Below, piece by piece: positions 1 to 11,463 of a DNA stretch of 64,000 nucleotides. Origin of the DNA: Cyanidioschyzon merolae (Eukaryota); the NCBI GenBank assembly GCA_000091205.1, contig AP006501.2; one strand, written 5' to 3'. Numbering within the stretch: the stretch's first letter is position 1; every line of letters starts with the position of its first letter. The notes beneath the pieces were generated by a model. It was not told where the DNA came from. It ran no database searches and worked only from the letters and a program-made list of their open reading frames with translations. The position numbers were made by a program, and so were the translations under genes.

Positions 1-816
1 TGGCTGAACAGGATGCCGGTCGTCGATCCGGTGGATACGCTTGCCCGCTAGCCGAGTCCAGATCCGAGTGAACGATTTCGTTTGCAACTGGAGACCGCCT
101 TGCACTGCATTCATGCTGTGACAGTGAAGATTCCGGGATTCCGTAACTGCGCTCGATCGCAGTGATGTTGCAGCTCGCGGCAAAAGACGTCTAGCGACAC
201 CACCACGGACGCACGCTCACGAATATCGATGCTGAAAGAGCAGCTGTGGTTCCATGTCGGTTTTTCGGAAGAGTTCAAATATGGCAGGCGACGAGCGTTG
301 CCAGCGTTGGATACCCTAGAGAGAACGACAACAGGGAAGCATACGAGTCTAGCGTACCGCGAACGAATATCAAGTCCGTCCCTGGCCTATCCACTATTGC
401 GCAGATGGACGTGGGCACCAGATCGTTACACCCGTGAGCAAATACTTCTCCATGTCGTTGTCTGTAAAGCCTGCGCCTTATAATTCTATCAAGAACCATG
501 AAAAGACATACGCGAAGAAATCAAGCCTTACAAAGGGCCGCAAAACATCAACGCCATCTGTGTCGTCGCAAAGCACCTACGCAGAAACCCGTCATGGCCA
601 TAGCACGATCCTGTGGCACCGAGACTTGGCATCCATTGTTATGTGAAGGCAGATATTCCATGAATTCTACCAGACCCATGTCAGAGGAACATGGAACGTG
701 TCTACTCTGCTGACTCGGGCGTACAATCGAAAGTTTGGGACTCTTTTTAATGCCATCAGCACCAATATTCGCCGAATTTTGCGTGACTGCTTCTTTTTGT
801 GTTTCATGTCCCGATT

Positions 817-2050
817 TAGATACGCAGGTGTCTCTCGTGTACCGCCAGATCCATTGCCAACAGTCGAAAGATGATGTACGCTTTCAAGTCCTGATTCCGC
901 TGCTTCCGGCTGCCGTTCATGGAGTACGAGGACCAGGGAAGACAACGATTTTCGCATTGCTTTTCATCTTTCATCTCGCTTGTATTCACCCTCGGTGCGC
1001 CGCTCACAACCGTGACACATGACTGAGGTCAGCAGTTCCTCTGCTGCACAACACGCTCTCCTCCGAATGCCGCCCTGGAGCGCGTGAACGCCTCGTTCAT
1101 CGCTCGCGAGATGCCCATGGCGAGCACAGAAGGCCACCCGCGTTGCCGTCCTCTGTTTCAGCACCCAGTACGGTACCCTGTGATCACGGGCTTCTTCGGG
1201 ATGATCCCCAGTGTACCTGGTGTGTTTGCGGTACGCGCAAGCACATGCTGTCGCCGTCAATAGATGGTGTGCGGAACCCGCTCATGCCCCCGAGGGATCA
1301 CGTGCCGGAAGGCGAATCGGGCCCGGAGACCCGATCGAGCGGGTGTCGCAACGTCGACGCTCCCTTCGTGCAAGGCGGTGACGTGTGATCGGTTGGATGC
1401 ATCCGGTACAACGAATCAAGTCCGAACTCCAGACTCTTTTCCGTACAAGTAGATTAGCGGGAAGCCTCTGAGAGCCGATGCCCTGAGAGCTATCACGCTT
1501 CTGTCGAGATCCGTTTTGTCGCTGAGTTCACAGAGACTAGGACTTGCGTTTCGAACGGAATCGTTGATTAGATGTGATTTGTTCAGGAAACGCTCGGAAT
1601 GCACTTGTGCACACATCGTCAGGGCACGACGTCGCGCTCGTTCCCCAGTGCATCCAGCGCCGCGCATTGCCGCGCCCACGAGTTGATTCAGAACTGAGAG
1701 AAGATCGAAAACGTGCACGAACGCGTGAGCCTCTCATGCAGCATGTGAGGAATGGAGAAGAACAGAGGCTTTCGCGTACGAGCTGGATGACGACACTGGT
1801 TATTTTACGAATCGCTATTCGATGAAGTTGCGAAATATCTTGAGTTCCAGTGACTCGACGAATTCCAGTAGCAATGGTTCGAGGTCATTTTGCGGAAAAA
1901 CGGCGACTGGGAACGCTAAACTTACGCATGAGTCCGTAAGCCCTGCTTGCTCTACGTCGAATATCGATGCTGTTCATCTAGAACAAGTTCGGAAAACAAT
2001 CCCCAGGCAGAAAGAGGTCACCCATTCAAGTGTTCTTTCCGAATGGAACA
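817..2050 (+). repeat. Copy 1 of a ~1.23-kb direct repeat, ~99% identical to 6011-7245
   Basis: Base-for-base alignment of 817-2050 with 6011-7245 shows only ~10-12 substitutions. Identity starts abruptly at TTTAGATACGCAGGTG and ends near GGTCACCCATTCA. Weaker similarity continues upstream (735-817 vs 5928-6011). No recognisable protein homology inside. Confidence 0.9.
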
Positions 2051-2434
2051 CGATTGTATGCTCTGCGCAGCGTTGCTGCAGCCGTTTGCTGTACGCGCCA
2101 GTCGTACCTGCATATAGCCGCATGGCATTGCGCTGGATGCGCCGCTTCAGCGCACAGCGTCTGTTGCGCAGATCGCCAGCTGCGGCGACACAGCGAGATG
2201 CGGGGCGCGCACTCAGGCCGATACCTGCGTCGCTGTGGTACCCGTTGAACGAGGAGCATGTTTATCAGTTCGACGCCCTGTGTACGAGGCTCTGTGAGGA
2301 GTTTGAGTGTGCATTCACTTTCGAGACAGCTAGGTACCCGGTATTTCGTGCAAAGCAAGCACCAATCCCGTGTACGGCTTCGCACTTGCGTTATCCCCAC
2401 TGGTCCCGGCTCACTCCAGCGGACGGTGTGGTGT

Positions 2435-2562
2435 ATGGAGCTCCAGGTGGGAGACGCGGCACCTGATTTTCAGATGCCGACTGACCAGGGCGGTCAAGTT
2501 TCACTGAAAGACTTTCGGGGGCGTCCAGTGGTACTCTACTTTTATCCGAAAGCCAATACACC
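2435..2562 (+). CDS. Peroxiredoxin Q / bacterioferritin comigratory protein (BCP), exon 1
   Basis: Translation MELQVGDAAPDFQMPTDQGGQVSLKDFRGRPVVLYFYPKANTP matches the BCP/PrxQ N-terminus. The conserved PGCT motif is split: exon 1 ends ...aca cc, followed by a gtaagt donor at 2563. Confidence 0.85.
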
Positions 2563-2678
2563 GTAAGTTGACGTGCAAACTGCTTGACGACGCTTGGCAC
2601 CAGAACCAGAGACTAACCGCAAGGGAGCACTTGGCTAGGGCTGCTTTTGCAGCACCGGGCTGGTACGCGAAATCGCAG

Positions 2679-3027
2679 TGGTTGTACGACACAGGCTTGT
2701 GACTTGCGTGACAATATCGAGGACCTCAATAAAGTGGATGCCGTGGTTATCGGAGTTTCGCGTGACCCTGTCGCTGACTTAGCCAAGTTTCGGAAAGATC
2801 ATGGCCTCAACTTCTACCTCGCGTCCGATGCAGACGGATCCGTCACGGAAGCTTACGGAGTGTGGAAGTTGCGTAAGATGATGGGTCGCGAGTTCATGGG
2901 TATTGAACGCAGTACATTCATCATTCAGGACGGCGTGATTCGCAAACTGTGGCGCGGCGTGAAGGCCCCAGAGCATATCGCGTGGGTAAAGCGCTCGTTA
3001 GAAGAAATGAAAGCAGGTGCGAAGTAG
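2679..3027 (+). CDS. Peroxiredoxin Q / BCP, exon 2, after a 116-bp GT-AG intron (2563-2678)
   Basis: The acceptor ...aatcgcag|t restores cct-ggt-tgt = P-G-C, giving TPGCTTQACDLRDN...VVIGVSRD...LNFYLASD...STFIIQDG in frame and ending at tag 3025-3027. This is a close match to E. coli BCP and plant PrxQ. Confidence 0.85.
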
Positions 3028-3849
3028 ATCGTCTTATGTGGAACGGTTGGGTTGCAAATAGCTTCCGAACGGCTTTGTGACATGCGTACGTTGTTCACGG
3101 TGCGCGGGAACATGTCATCGCGATGGTCGACGATTTCGATGCCGACGGCGGAAGGTGCGGTCCCTGCTCCACTTTACCGGTGACCGCCATGGCCGGGGCT
3201 ATGCGGAAACGCGTGTGAGCGCACTGCAGTGGTCTGTTGGAGCATTTTACGGACGTGTTGCTGCATTGCAAGCGACAAAAGTAAAAAGGAATGCGAATTT
3301 CTCCGAGGAACTTACCTTTCTTCATGCAATGGGTCCCGTTCTGCTGTGAGACTCGTTTCCTCGTGCTAGAGGCAGATGCTTGGAAACAGGAGTTTTGTTG
3401 GATCAGCGCACAGCGCCTATTCATAGGATATGCTTCGTCTGGACACCCCTTGCGTTTCCGGAATCAATGAGAACGACTGTCCACATGATACAGCTGCTCA
3501 TCATCGGCGCCAGGTTCTTGTAAGCCCCAGGAAAATCACCGTCCCAGCTCACGGGCTTGCCCCGGCATGCCAAGTCGTCGTGTGAACCGCAGCGCAGCGC
3601 TCCGATCGGCAATCGAAAGCGCAGCAGTGCTGGTGCTTACCGTGGCGCGGCGCGCGCGTTGTGCCGCAGCAGCGGATAGCGCTCAGTCTCTAATGTGGTA
3701 CATATCAGAACAAAGAGGAACGGGTGACTTCAAACTGCTCGTTGCTCGCGACATCCGGAAACAGCTTTGGCGTCGCCAGCGCTACAGCTGCAGCTGTTTC
3801 TGTGAGCTCGACGCAGCCGCCAGTCTCGCTCATAAGTGCTTCGTCGTCA

Positions 3850-5256
3850 ATGTGCGAGCGACGAAGCTCATGTGTGCGGGTGCTGCCCCGAAGGCTTCTC
3901 GTTTTGCTCTGGTGCTTCGTGTACCTATGTGACGCACTGCAGCCCGCAGAGAGTGAAAAAGTTGATTCCAAGGCACTTTTCGACCAGGTTGGAACGACAC
4001 TTGTGTCTATAGAGCGGGTTCAACGCAATCACTTACGCACAGAGTACGGCTCTGTGCTGCAGCACTGCAAGGTGACCCTAAAGACGCTGGATAACTTTTG
4101 CAGGCGATCGTATGTAGCTTGTAACCAGACGCGCACGTGTGCGGAGCAATTAGAACCTTGGAAGGCCCGCGTTCATGATTTAAGCGTGAACCTAGAACGG
4201 CTGACAAGCGAGAGAATTCGCGAGCGCGAAGCTCACGCGGTTCGCGTGCGCGAGCTCGAGGCGAAACTTTCCGCAGCGCGCCAGACAACCGTCAATAGTA
4301 TCGATGAACAGCGCTTGATGCGAACAAGCGGCACCGCTGCTCTGTTCGGCAACAAATGGATGCCCACGGTCGGCAATAGGCTCCATTTGCCAGCCGTGCT
4401 GCTCCTCGTCAGCTTCGGCTACCTGCTATGCGTATTTGTAGGAAGGGCATCGTCGTGGCTTCGTTACCAGAGATCCTGTGCTGTTGTTGGTCATTTCCGA
4501 GCACGAAACAGTACCCGCTTCGACGCTGCGTTTCGCTGGGTTCGAGCCGTGGATTTGTTGTGTGCGGGCCTTTTTTTGATGGCCGTGTTCTTCCCAGGAC
4601 CGATCGCGCGAACGATGATGGAGTCTGAACGATCCTTGCCGCTGTGGAGCTCCCTGTGCTACTGGGCACAATGCATCGCATGCGTATCCGGAACGTCTTT
4701 GAATGCATTCGTCTTATTTTCCGTGTTTTGGAGGGCACGATCTGTTGGGGCACTTTCAGCCTTCATTTCTCTCTGTCTCGTTCGGAGCATTCACCTTGTT
4801 GCATCTGTCAGTGTCTTATACCATTCCAGCTTCCACTGGCGCATGCCAGCGACGACCGGTCTCTTCAATACCACCGTTGAAGCAGCACATTCGTATGACA
4901 TGATGACGCATCGCTTGCGGATCTACTTTCTCACGTATGGTTTCATTTTCATGTTGATGGCGTGGGACACGCACCAGCAACTCACCGATCATGCACCGCT
5001 CAGAGCAGCAGTGCTCACTGTCGAACGTGTACGTCGACTTTCGAAGAGCCGTCGGCCACGAGCCGCCCCCGAGAAAGCGTTATGCTATCGATCCCTTGTA
5101 TCTAGTCCCAGAAGAGGCATGCAGCCATCCCTGGAGTCAGGGTCGTCCAGATCATTTTCAACTCTTGAGTCTGGCGACTGGAAGACGCCGCCCTTGCGCC
5201 GCGTCGTTGCTGAAAAGCGAACTTGCGCGCGAACGGTTGTAAGTACACCAGACTGA
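3850..5256 (+). CDS. Hypothetical multi-pass membrane protein with a signal-peptide-like N-terminus
   Basis: Long ORF (3724-5256) with several hydrophobic helices and an N-terminal RRLLVLLWCFVYLCDALQP segment after the Met at 3850. I recognise no family. The coding call rests on ORF length only. Confidence 0.3.
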   Translation: MCERRSSCVRVLPRRLLVLLWCFVYLCDALQPAESEKVDSKALFDQVGTTLVSIERVQRNHLRTEYGSVLQHCKVTLKTLDNFCRRSYVACNQTRTCAEQLEPWKARVHDLSVNLERLTSERIREREAHAVRVRELEAKLSAARQTTVNSIDEQRLMRTSGTAALFGNKWMPTVGNRLHLPAVLLLVSFGYLLCVFVGRASSWLRYQRSCAVVGHFRARNSTRFDAAFRWVRAVDLLCAGLFLMAVFFPGPIARTMMESERSLPLWSSLCYWAQCIACVSGTSLNAFVLFSVFWRARSVGALSAFISLCLVRSIHLVASVSVLYHSSFHWRMPATTGLFNTTVEAAHSYDMMTHRLRIYFLTYGFIFMLMAWDTHQQLTDHAPLRAAVLTVERVRRLSKSRRPRAAPEKALCYRSLVSSPRRGMQPSLESGSSRSFSTLESGDWKTPPLRRVVAEKRTCARTVVSTPD

Positions 5257-6010
5257 ACCCGCCATAACATTGGACATTGTCAGTCATGTACAACGCTGAA
5301 ATGAGGCGCCAGATGTGCATGGAGTCCGCAAACAACATCTGATAGCGCTCGGGACGCTTAACAAGAGTCAGCGACCAGGAAATCATCCTAGTTCTTGATC
5401 ATTTCAAAACATTTGTCAACGAAACCGGGTCCTGCACGCTGGTTATTTTTCGCGCGAGGCTGTACTCGCTCCATGTACTGTTCCGTTGCAGCGTCACGAA
5501 TGCGGAATTTTCACGAGCGAATCTGAACAGTCTCTGTGCGATACACGGCTTTCAGTTAACCAGCGAGCTCTGTCCGTGCACTGCGCTTGCTCTACGCTTC
5601 ACGGACTGCGCAGTCGGCCAACTGCCGCCGGTGTGCGTTCAAACTTTGGGTGAACAGCGCAAGCGACCAGCGTATCAGGCATAGTGCTGAAGTCAAACTG
5701 AACGACGCAACGCTCTGTAACTGAGAATCAGCTCCGCCGATTCAGGGAGATGCACCCAAAGAAACGGTGAAAACAACGTAAAGAATCGAAGGGCTCTCAG
5801 ACCGACGTGGCGTTGGTACGCACTGGCTTGATGAAGCGCTCGTAACAGTAATCGAATGCAGTTACACGAGTGCCAGACTACAAGGAAAACAGTTCCGCTT
5901 AGCTAACTCGGGTGTACGAGCGAAAGCTTGCGCTGTTTCCAACTGTCATCAGCGTCAGCCTTGCGAGCTTTCTCTGCGACCGCTTCCTTTGCCTCTCTTG
6001 TATCTGCGGC

Positions 6011-7245
6011 TTTAGATACGCAGGTGTCTCTCGTGTACCGCCAGATCCATTGCCAACAGTCGAAAGATGATGTACGCTTTCAAGTCCTGATTCCGCTGCT
6101 TCCGGCTGCCGTTCATGGAGTACGAGGACCAGGGAAGACAACGATTTTCGCATTGCTTTTCATCTTTCATCTCGCTTGTATTCACCCTCGGTGCGCCGCT
6201 CACAACCGTGACACATGACTGAGGTCAGCAGTTCCTCTGCTGCACAACACGCTCTCCTCCGAATGCCGCCCTGGAGCGCGTGAACGCCTCGTTCATCGCT
6301 CGCGAGATGCCCATGGCGAGCACAGAAGGCCACCCGCGTTGCCGTCCTCTGTTTCAGCACCCAGTACGGTGCCCTGTGATCACGGGCTTCTTCGGGATGA
6401 TCCCCAGTGTACCTGGTGTTTTTGCGGTACGCGCAAGCACATGCTGTCGCCGTCAATAGATGGTGTGCGGAACCCGCTCATGCCCCCGAGGGATCACGTG
6501 CCGGAAGGCGAATCGCGCCCGGAGACCCGATCGAGCGGGTGTCGCAACGTCGACGCTCCCTTCGTGCAAGGCGGTGACGTGTGATCGGTTGGATGCATCC
6601 GGTACAACGAATCAAGTCCGAACTCCAGACTCTTTTCCGTACAAGTAGATTAGCGGGAAGCCTCTGAGAGCCGATGCCCTGAGAGCCATCACGCTTCTGT
6701 CGAGATCCGTTTTGTCGCTGAGTTCACAGAGACTAGGACTTGCGTTTCGAACGGAATCGTTGATTAGATGTGATTTGTTCAGGAAACGCTCGGAATGCAC
6801 TTGTGCACACATCGCTAGGGCACGACGTCGCGCTCGTTCCCCAGTGCATCCAGCGCCGCGCATTGCCGCGCCCACGAGTTGATTCAGAACTGAGAGAAGA
6901 TCGAAAACGTGCACGAACGCGTGAGCCTCTCATGCAGCATGTGAGGAATGGAGAAGAACAGAGGCTTTCGCGTACGAGCTGGATGACGACACTGGTTATT
7001 TTACGAATCGCTATTCGATGAAGTTGCGAAATATCTTGATTTCCAGTGACTCGACGAATTCCAGTAGCAATGGTTCGAGGTCATTTTGCGGAAAAACGGC
7101 GACTAGGAACGCTAAACTTACGTATGAGTCCGTAAGCCCTGCTCGCTCTACGTCGAATATCGATGCTGTTCATCTAGAACAAGTTCGGAAAACAATCCCC
7201 AGGCAGAAAGAGGTCACCCATTCATGTGCTCTTTCGGAATGGAAT
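6011..7245 (+). repeat. Copy 2 of the ~1.23-kb direct repeat, ending ~55 bp upstream of the ETF-beta start codon
   Basis: See copy 1. Copy 2 diverges from copy 1 after ~7245. Confidence 0.9.
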
Positions 7246-7300
7246 CCAATCGGATGGGTGGCACGGCCGCGCTGCTGCTTTTCCAAAGAACAGACAACAT

Positions 7301-7777
7301 ATGCCTCCCCCCTGCTTCAGGGTTCTAGTTGGCGTGAAAAGAGTTGTTGATTATGCAGTCAAAGTTAGGATCACACCAGATCACAGTGGAGTGGATACCG
7401 CGAACCTTAAAACCTCCATGAACCCGTTCTGTGAACTCGCTGTTGAGGCTGCAGTGCAGCTGCGCGAACGCCTCGGTCCGGAGCGCGTGCCCGAAATCGT
7501 CGCTGCCAGTGTGGGCCCCACAGCGTGCCAGGAGACCCTGCGGACAGCGCTTGCCATGGGAGTCGATCGTGCCGTACTCGTGAACACCGACGCAGCACCA
7601 GTGTCCGACTCCAAAGCGGGTAGCGCGCTGCAGCCGGAGCCGTTAGATGTTGCGCGGACGCTGGCGGCGCTTCAGTCGCGACTCCAGTCGAACTTGATTC
7701 TGCTTGGGAAGCAAGCTATTGATGACGATTCGAACCAGACAGGCCAACTGCTGGCTGGAATTTTGAACTGGTCACAA
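7301..7777 (+). CDS. ETFB: Electron transfer flavoprotein beta subunit (ETFB), exon 1
   Basis: MPPPCFRVLVGVKRVVDYAVKVRITPD...SMNPFCELAVEAAVQLRE...CQETLRTALAMGVDRAVLV...LLGKQAIDDDSNQTGQLLAGILNWSQ aligns along its length with human ETFB. Exon ends caa|gtaagt at 7777/7778. Confidence 0.85.
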
Positions 7778-8022
7778 GTAAGTGAAGCTCGATGAGCACC
7801 AGGTTGACGCCTCTGCGCCTCAGATGATGAACGCATCAGCCGCTTTTCACGACGGTCTACTGAGTTGAGAACGATGCGGATAAAGGCTTGCATCGTAGAG
7901 ATGCTCTGATGAGGCGCACAGATAATCGATCTACGACGGGGCAACTGTCGCGGCGATGAGACGCTTGGCAGCGATGAGAACCTAGATAACTAACCACGGC
8001 ATGCAACGACGCTGATACCCAG

Positions 8023-8367
8023 GGAACTTTTCTCTCCAAGATCGAGGCCGAAAAAGAGCAAGATTTGCTGCAAGTCGACCGTGAAGTTGATGAAGGAATT
8101 GAACGGCTCCGGCTTCGACTGCCGAGTGTACTGACTTGCGACTTGCGCCTGAACAAACCACGATACATAACGTTGCCGAACCTGATGCGAGCGAAAACGA
8201 AACCGATTGAAACGCTCAGTACGAGCGACCTCGGCGTTGCGTTGCGAACGTACTGGCAAATTGTTCGCGTCGACGAACCACCCGCTCGCCGTCAAGTCAC
8301 GATGCTCAAAACTGTCGATGAGCTGGTGGCGAAACTCCAGCAACTAGGCGTTTTGGACCGCGCTTGA
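8023..8367 (+). CDS. ETFB: ETFB exon 2, after a 245-bp GT-AG intron (7778-8022)
   Basis: Acceptor cccag|ggaact. Translation GTFLSKIEAEKEQDLLQVDREVDEGIERLRLRLPSVLTCDLRLNKPRYITLPNLMRAKTKPIE...VDELVAKLQQLGVL matches the ETFB C-terminus ([20 protein letters not shown]). Stop tga at 8365-8367. Confidence 0.85.
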   Translation, partial: GTFLSKIEAEKEQDLLQVDREVDEGIERLRLRLPSVLTCDLRLNKPRYITLPNLMRAKTKPIETLSTSDLGVALRTYWQIVRVDEPPARRQVTMLKTVDELVAKLQQLGVLDRA

Positions 8368-10074
8368 TGTACTATCACAGATGTATCCGGTCATGTTGAT
8401 GCTGAGGACGTCACCGAAAAACGTGCATACGTGCGTGCGTTCGTGTGTGAAACCGAGCGAGACATTGCATGCATAGCGGCTGCAGAGTCGTTCGTGATGC
8501 ACATGGAGGCTGGTATCTGATACACTTCATTCCAGCCGACAATGATGTCGGGATATCATATCCGCAACGCGGCGAATCGATATCCGGAGGCTTGTGCGGT
8601 TGCTGATGCAGAGCGCGCTCTTGTGTGCATGAGGTGCACTTCAGGATCCAGTGTTTTTCATGCTGGTATGCTGTACCAACGATGGGGACCATTGGAGTTC
8701 ATGAAAATGATAGACCTCTACCAACGGCTTCGTTGCCGCACTGCTCCGTATTCCAGGACATTTCGGGCGGTTTTGGCAGTGTCGAAAGAGGATACATTAT
8801 CTGGCGCTGTCTTGTGGGCTTGTTTACGGGGCAGAGCAGCATCGGACAGCGACTGCTTGGAAACATATTTGCCTCACATGGCATGCTGCATCGATGAGCA
8901 TGCGTTTCGGCTCTCGCTCAATCTAGCTCAGAGCGCTTGCCGCCCTCGCTAGGAGCGTGCGGTACCGTACGCGAGGTTGACCCGTCTCGCCGCGCAATCA
9001 GCTAGCGAGACACGGCTTCCGCATGGCACCGGGGAAATCCCTACAGCTACCATTGTTACAGCTGCCTCTTCAGTTCATTTACGACGAACGCAATTTCCGC
9101 TGGAACGGTGCAAACATTCGCACATGCAGGCTTACTGGACACGTGCTTTGGAATGTGTCCACACGCCCCGGGGCGAGCATTCCGTCGACACAGACGCATC
9201 GCTTCTCGCTACCCGGCGAGCTGTGCTGCTCGCGTTAATCTCCAAAGATTCTGAAGCGTGTCCAATCGAAAGCAGGCCATGTTTGTCACCCGCCAATGAC
9301 GCCGTGCAGCGAAAGCGCCGTAGATTCAGCACCCAACCTCGAGATGCAGCGCACGTCCCGAACGACCCCAACTCCTTGTCGCAGAAGACTCCGAGGATGC
9401 ACCTGTTTCCCAACTTATTCTAACTTACACCAAACTCTGAGCCTAAATACCGACTTTCGGGGAGTCTCCGACACCACTCTGGCGCAGCGAAGACGCGCTC
9501 ACCTGGATTGATCTCCGGGAAACCTGCGTTCCACAAATCAACATCTCTACGCAGTCAGTTCTTCTCTATCCCGTTCCAAGTCTCCGAGATCCTAGCGCGT
9601 CCCTGAGTCCGCCAGACTATAGATATGAGAAAAATGCTGCGTTTTGGAAGCGATTTCTCAGAACTTAGGACCCCAAGTCCTGAATATGAGCACGCGTCGT
9701 CGCAAGAAGCAAAGTTGAGACAAAGCGTCCACGAACTGTACGCAAGCGTTTCGTGCCACCCGCTGCAGCAGCTACCCAACTTTATCCCGCCAGCTGCTAA
9801 AAAACACTTGCCTCATTCACCCTACAAGCGTCCTGTTTCGAACACGGCTCGAAGACAAGGCTCCTCGGATAGAACTATCAGCTCCATACCGTGGGCGTGT
9901 TCGCGGTGGGGCAGACGGCGCCCGGTGCACCGAACCTGCGTCCGCGAACATTCGCGCTCGGCATCCGGTACCCGAATCCGAAACCGCTTTCCTCCTCGCT
10001 GTCGTTCTACAACGCGTTCAGAGCGATTGACGCGAACGTCTTCGATATTTTTGGGACTATTCAGGTACCAGCGT

Positions 10075-11034
10075 ATGTCTAAACACTTGAATCGAGGCCT
10101 GCGTCAGGCGAGCCTTGTCGCTTACCTGGTACCACTGACGCAGCAGCTGTGGCGAGGGAGAAGCGCGCGCTGTTTATCGTGCTCGACCCGTTTTGCCTAT
10201 TCGGACTTGACTCCAAACCGGTATTCAAAAAGTCTCTACGGACTTGATGGGCGTCAGCAGTTTCGTCGCAAGTTATCGGCGGCGCAGCGAGACAGGGAAC
10301 TGCGCAACGAGTCTGCCCGTATGACTGCAGACGGCGCCCAGCAACAGGAACGAGTCCCAGCGGCGTCACGTCAAGCCGTAACCTTCATCCGAGCTCGACA
10401 TATCCTGCTTGAATCGCAGCAGATGGCAAACACCATACTAGAGAGGGTTCAGCTTGCCGAGCCGGGCCCTGCGCGAACGCAGTTGTTCGCGTCCCTAGCG
10501 CAAACGCTGTCGACGTGCGAGACGCGGACCCGTGGCGGCGACCTTGGCTGGTTCCGACGAGGTCAAATGGTGCCCGCTTTCGAAGAAGCTTGTCTGGCAG
10601 CCGAAGCGAACGTCCCGTTCAAAGTTCGAACGGAGTTTGGCTGGCATGTTGTGGAAGTTCTGGAGTTTGGCCACCAGCGTGGAGTCATATCGGTGAAGGA
10701 GTTTGCGGAGCTATATCAAAATTCGGAGCGACGGAAGCTCTATCAGCTGATTGATGTTCGCGAACCCGGTGAACTGGAGATCGTTCAGCTTGAGGGTTTC
10801 ATGAACTTGCCGCTCAACGAGTACTCGCGATGGCGTCACCTCGTGGAGGGCTCCGAAACCCAGCCTCCCGTCCTCGATCGCAATCGACCCATCGTGGTGA
10901 TGTGTCATCACGGGATTCGGAGTGCAACCATGTGCGCTTATCTGTGCCAGCAGGGGTTTTCTAATGTGCTGAACTTGCTTGGAGGAATCGACGCGTATGC
11001 AGCAGAGATTGACCAAGGCCTGCGACGATACTGA
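10075..11034 (+). CDS. PpiC-type peptidyl-prolyl isomerase (parvulin) domain fused to a rhodanese domain; plant rhodanese-like/PpiC domain protein 12 architecture
   Basis: The parvulin domain is marked by ARHILL...GGDLGWFRRGQMVPAFEEA...FGWHVVEV. The rhodanese domain is marked by LIDVREPGELEIVQLEGFMNLPL...RPIVVMCHHGIRSATMCAYLCQQGFSNVLNLLGGIDAY. The Met at 10075 begins an R/S/L-rich presequence-like segment. The start is uncertain: 10321 is an alternative, and ORF sequence upstream of 10075 looks non-coding. Confidence 0.7.
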   Translation: MSKHLNRGLRQASLVAYLVPLTQQLWRGRSARCLSCSTRFAYSDLTPNRYSKSLYGLDGRQQFRRKLSAAQRDRELRNESARMTADGAQQQERVPAASRQAVTFIRARHILLESQQMANTILERVQLAEPGPARTQLFASLAQTLSTCETRTRGGDLGWFRRGQMVPAFEEACLAAEANVPFKVRTEFGWHVVEVLEFGHQRGVISVKEFAELYQNSERRKLYQLIDVREPGELEIVQLEGFMNLPLNEYSRWRHLVEGSETQPPVLDRNRPIVVMCHHGIRSATMCAYLCQQGFSNVLNLLGGIDAYAAEIDQGLRRY

Positions 11035-11463
11035 GCGCGGCGGCAGGGTACCGCCTCGTCGTCAGCGGACTGGTGCTCCGTCCGTCGCCGGTCAATTGTG
11101 CCGCGTCAGCGATCTGATTTACTGGCGTACCCGTGAACGAGTGCATCAGCGAAAGACACAAGCATGCCCGAGGACGTCTGCGAATACGTTCGATTCGCGG
11201 GCAGACACCACAGACGTCATCGCGGATGCACAGACCACGGGTACGTTACGTTCGTCGCTGACCCGTCAACGCTGATGTATTCGCGGCATTGGTGACGGGG
11301 TTATTCCACGCAGGGGCAAAGCAGAATCGGGTCTAGAGGGGTGATGTTCGAGGGTTCACATGCGATCGTTGCAGCACATCTGGGATCATATCTGCTTTGA
11401 AAGAAGCTGTTGATGTGTTGCTCATGCGCAGAGGAAGTGTAAAAAGACGGGAGCGCTATGGCC

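Noticed and set aside
1860-1900. tRNA-like T-arm (GGTTCGAGGTC) inside the 1.23-kb repeat
   Set aside because: Flanking sequence cannot be folded into acceptor, D or anticodon stems. No other tRNA candidates seen in the window.
817-7245. LTR retrotransposon, suggested by two ~1.2-kb direct repeats 5.2 kb apart
   Set aside because: The interior encodes ordinary host genes (PrxQ, a membrane protein) with no gag, pol, RT or integrase. The repeat ends lack TG...CA termini and target-site duplications, and lower-identity homology continues beyond the high-identity core. A segmental duplication with gene conversion fits better.
9625-10074. Upstream 150 codons of ORF 9625-11034 as part of the PpiC-rhodanese gene
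   Set aside because: The composition is low-complexity and Arg/Ser-rich with no similarity. A plausible ATG with a presequence-like segment starts at 10075.
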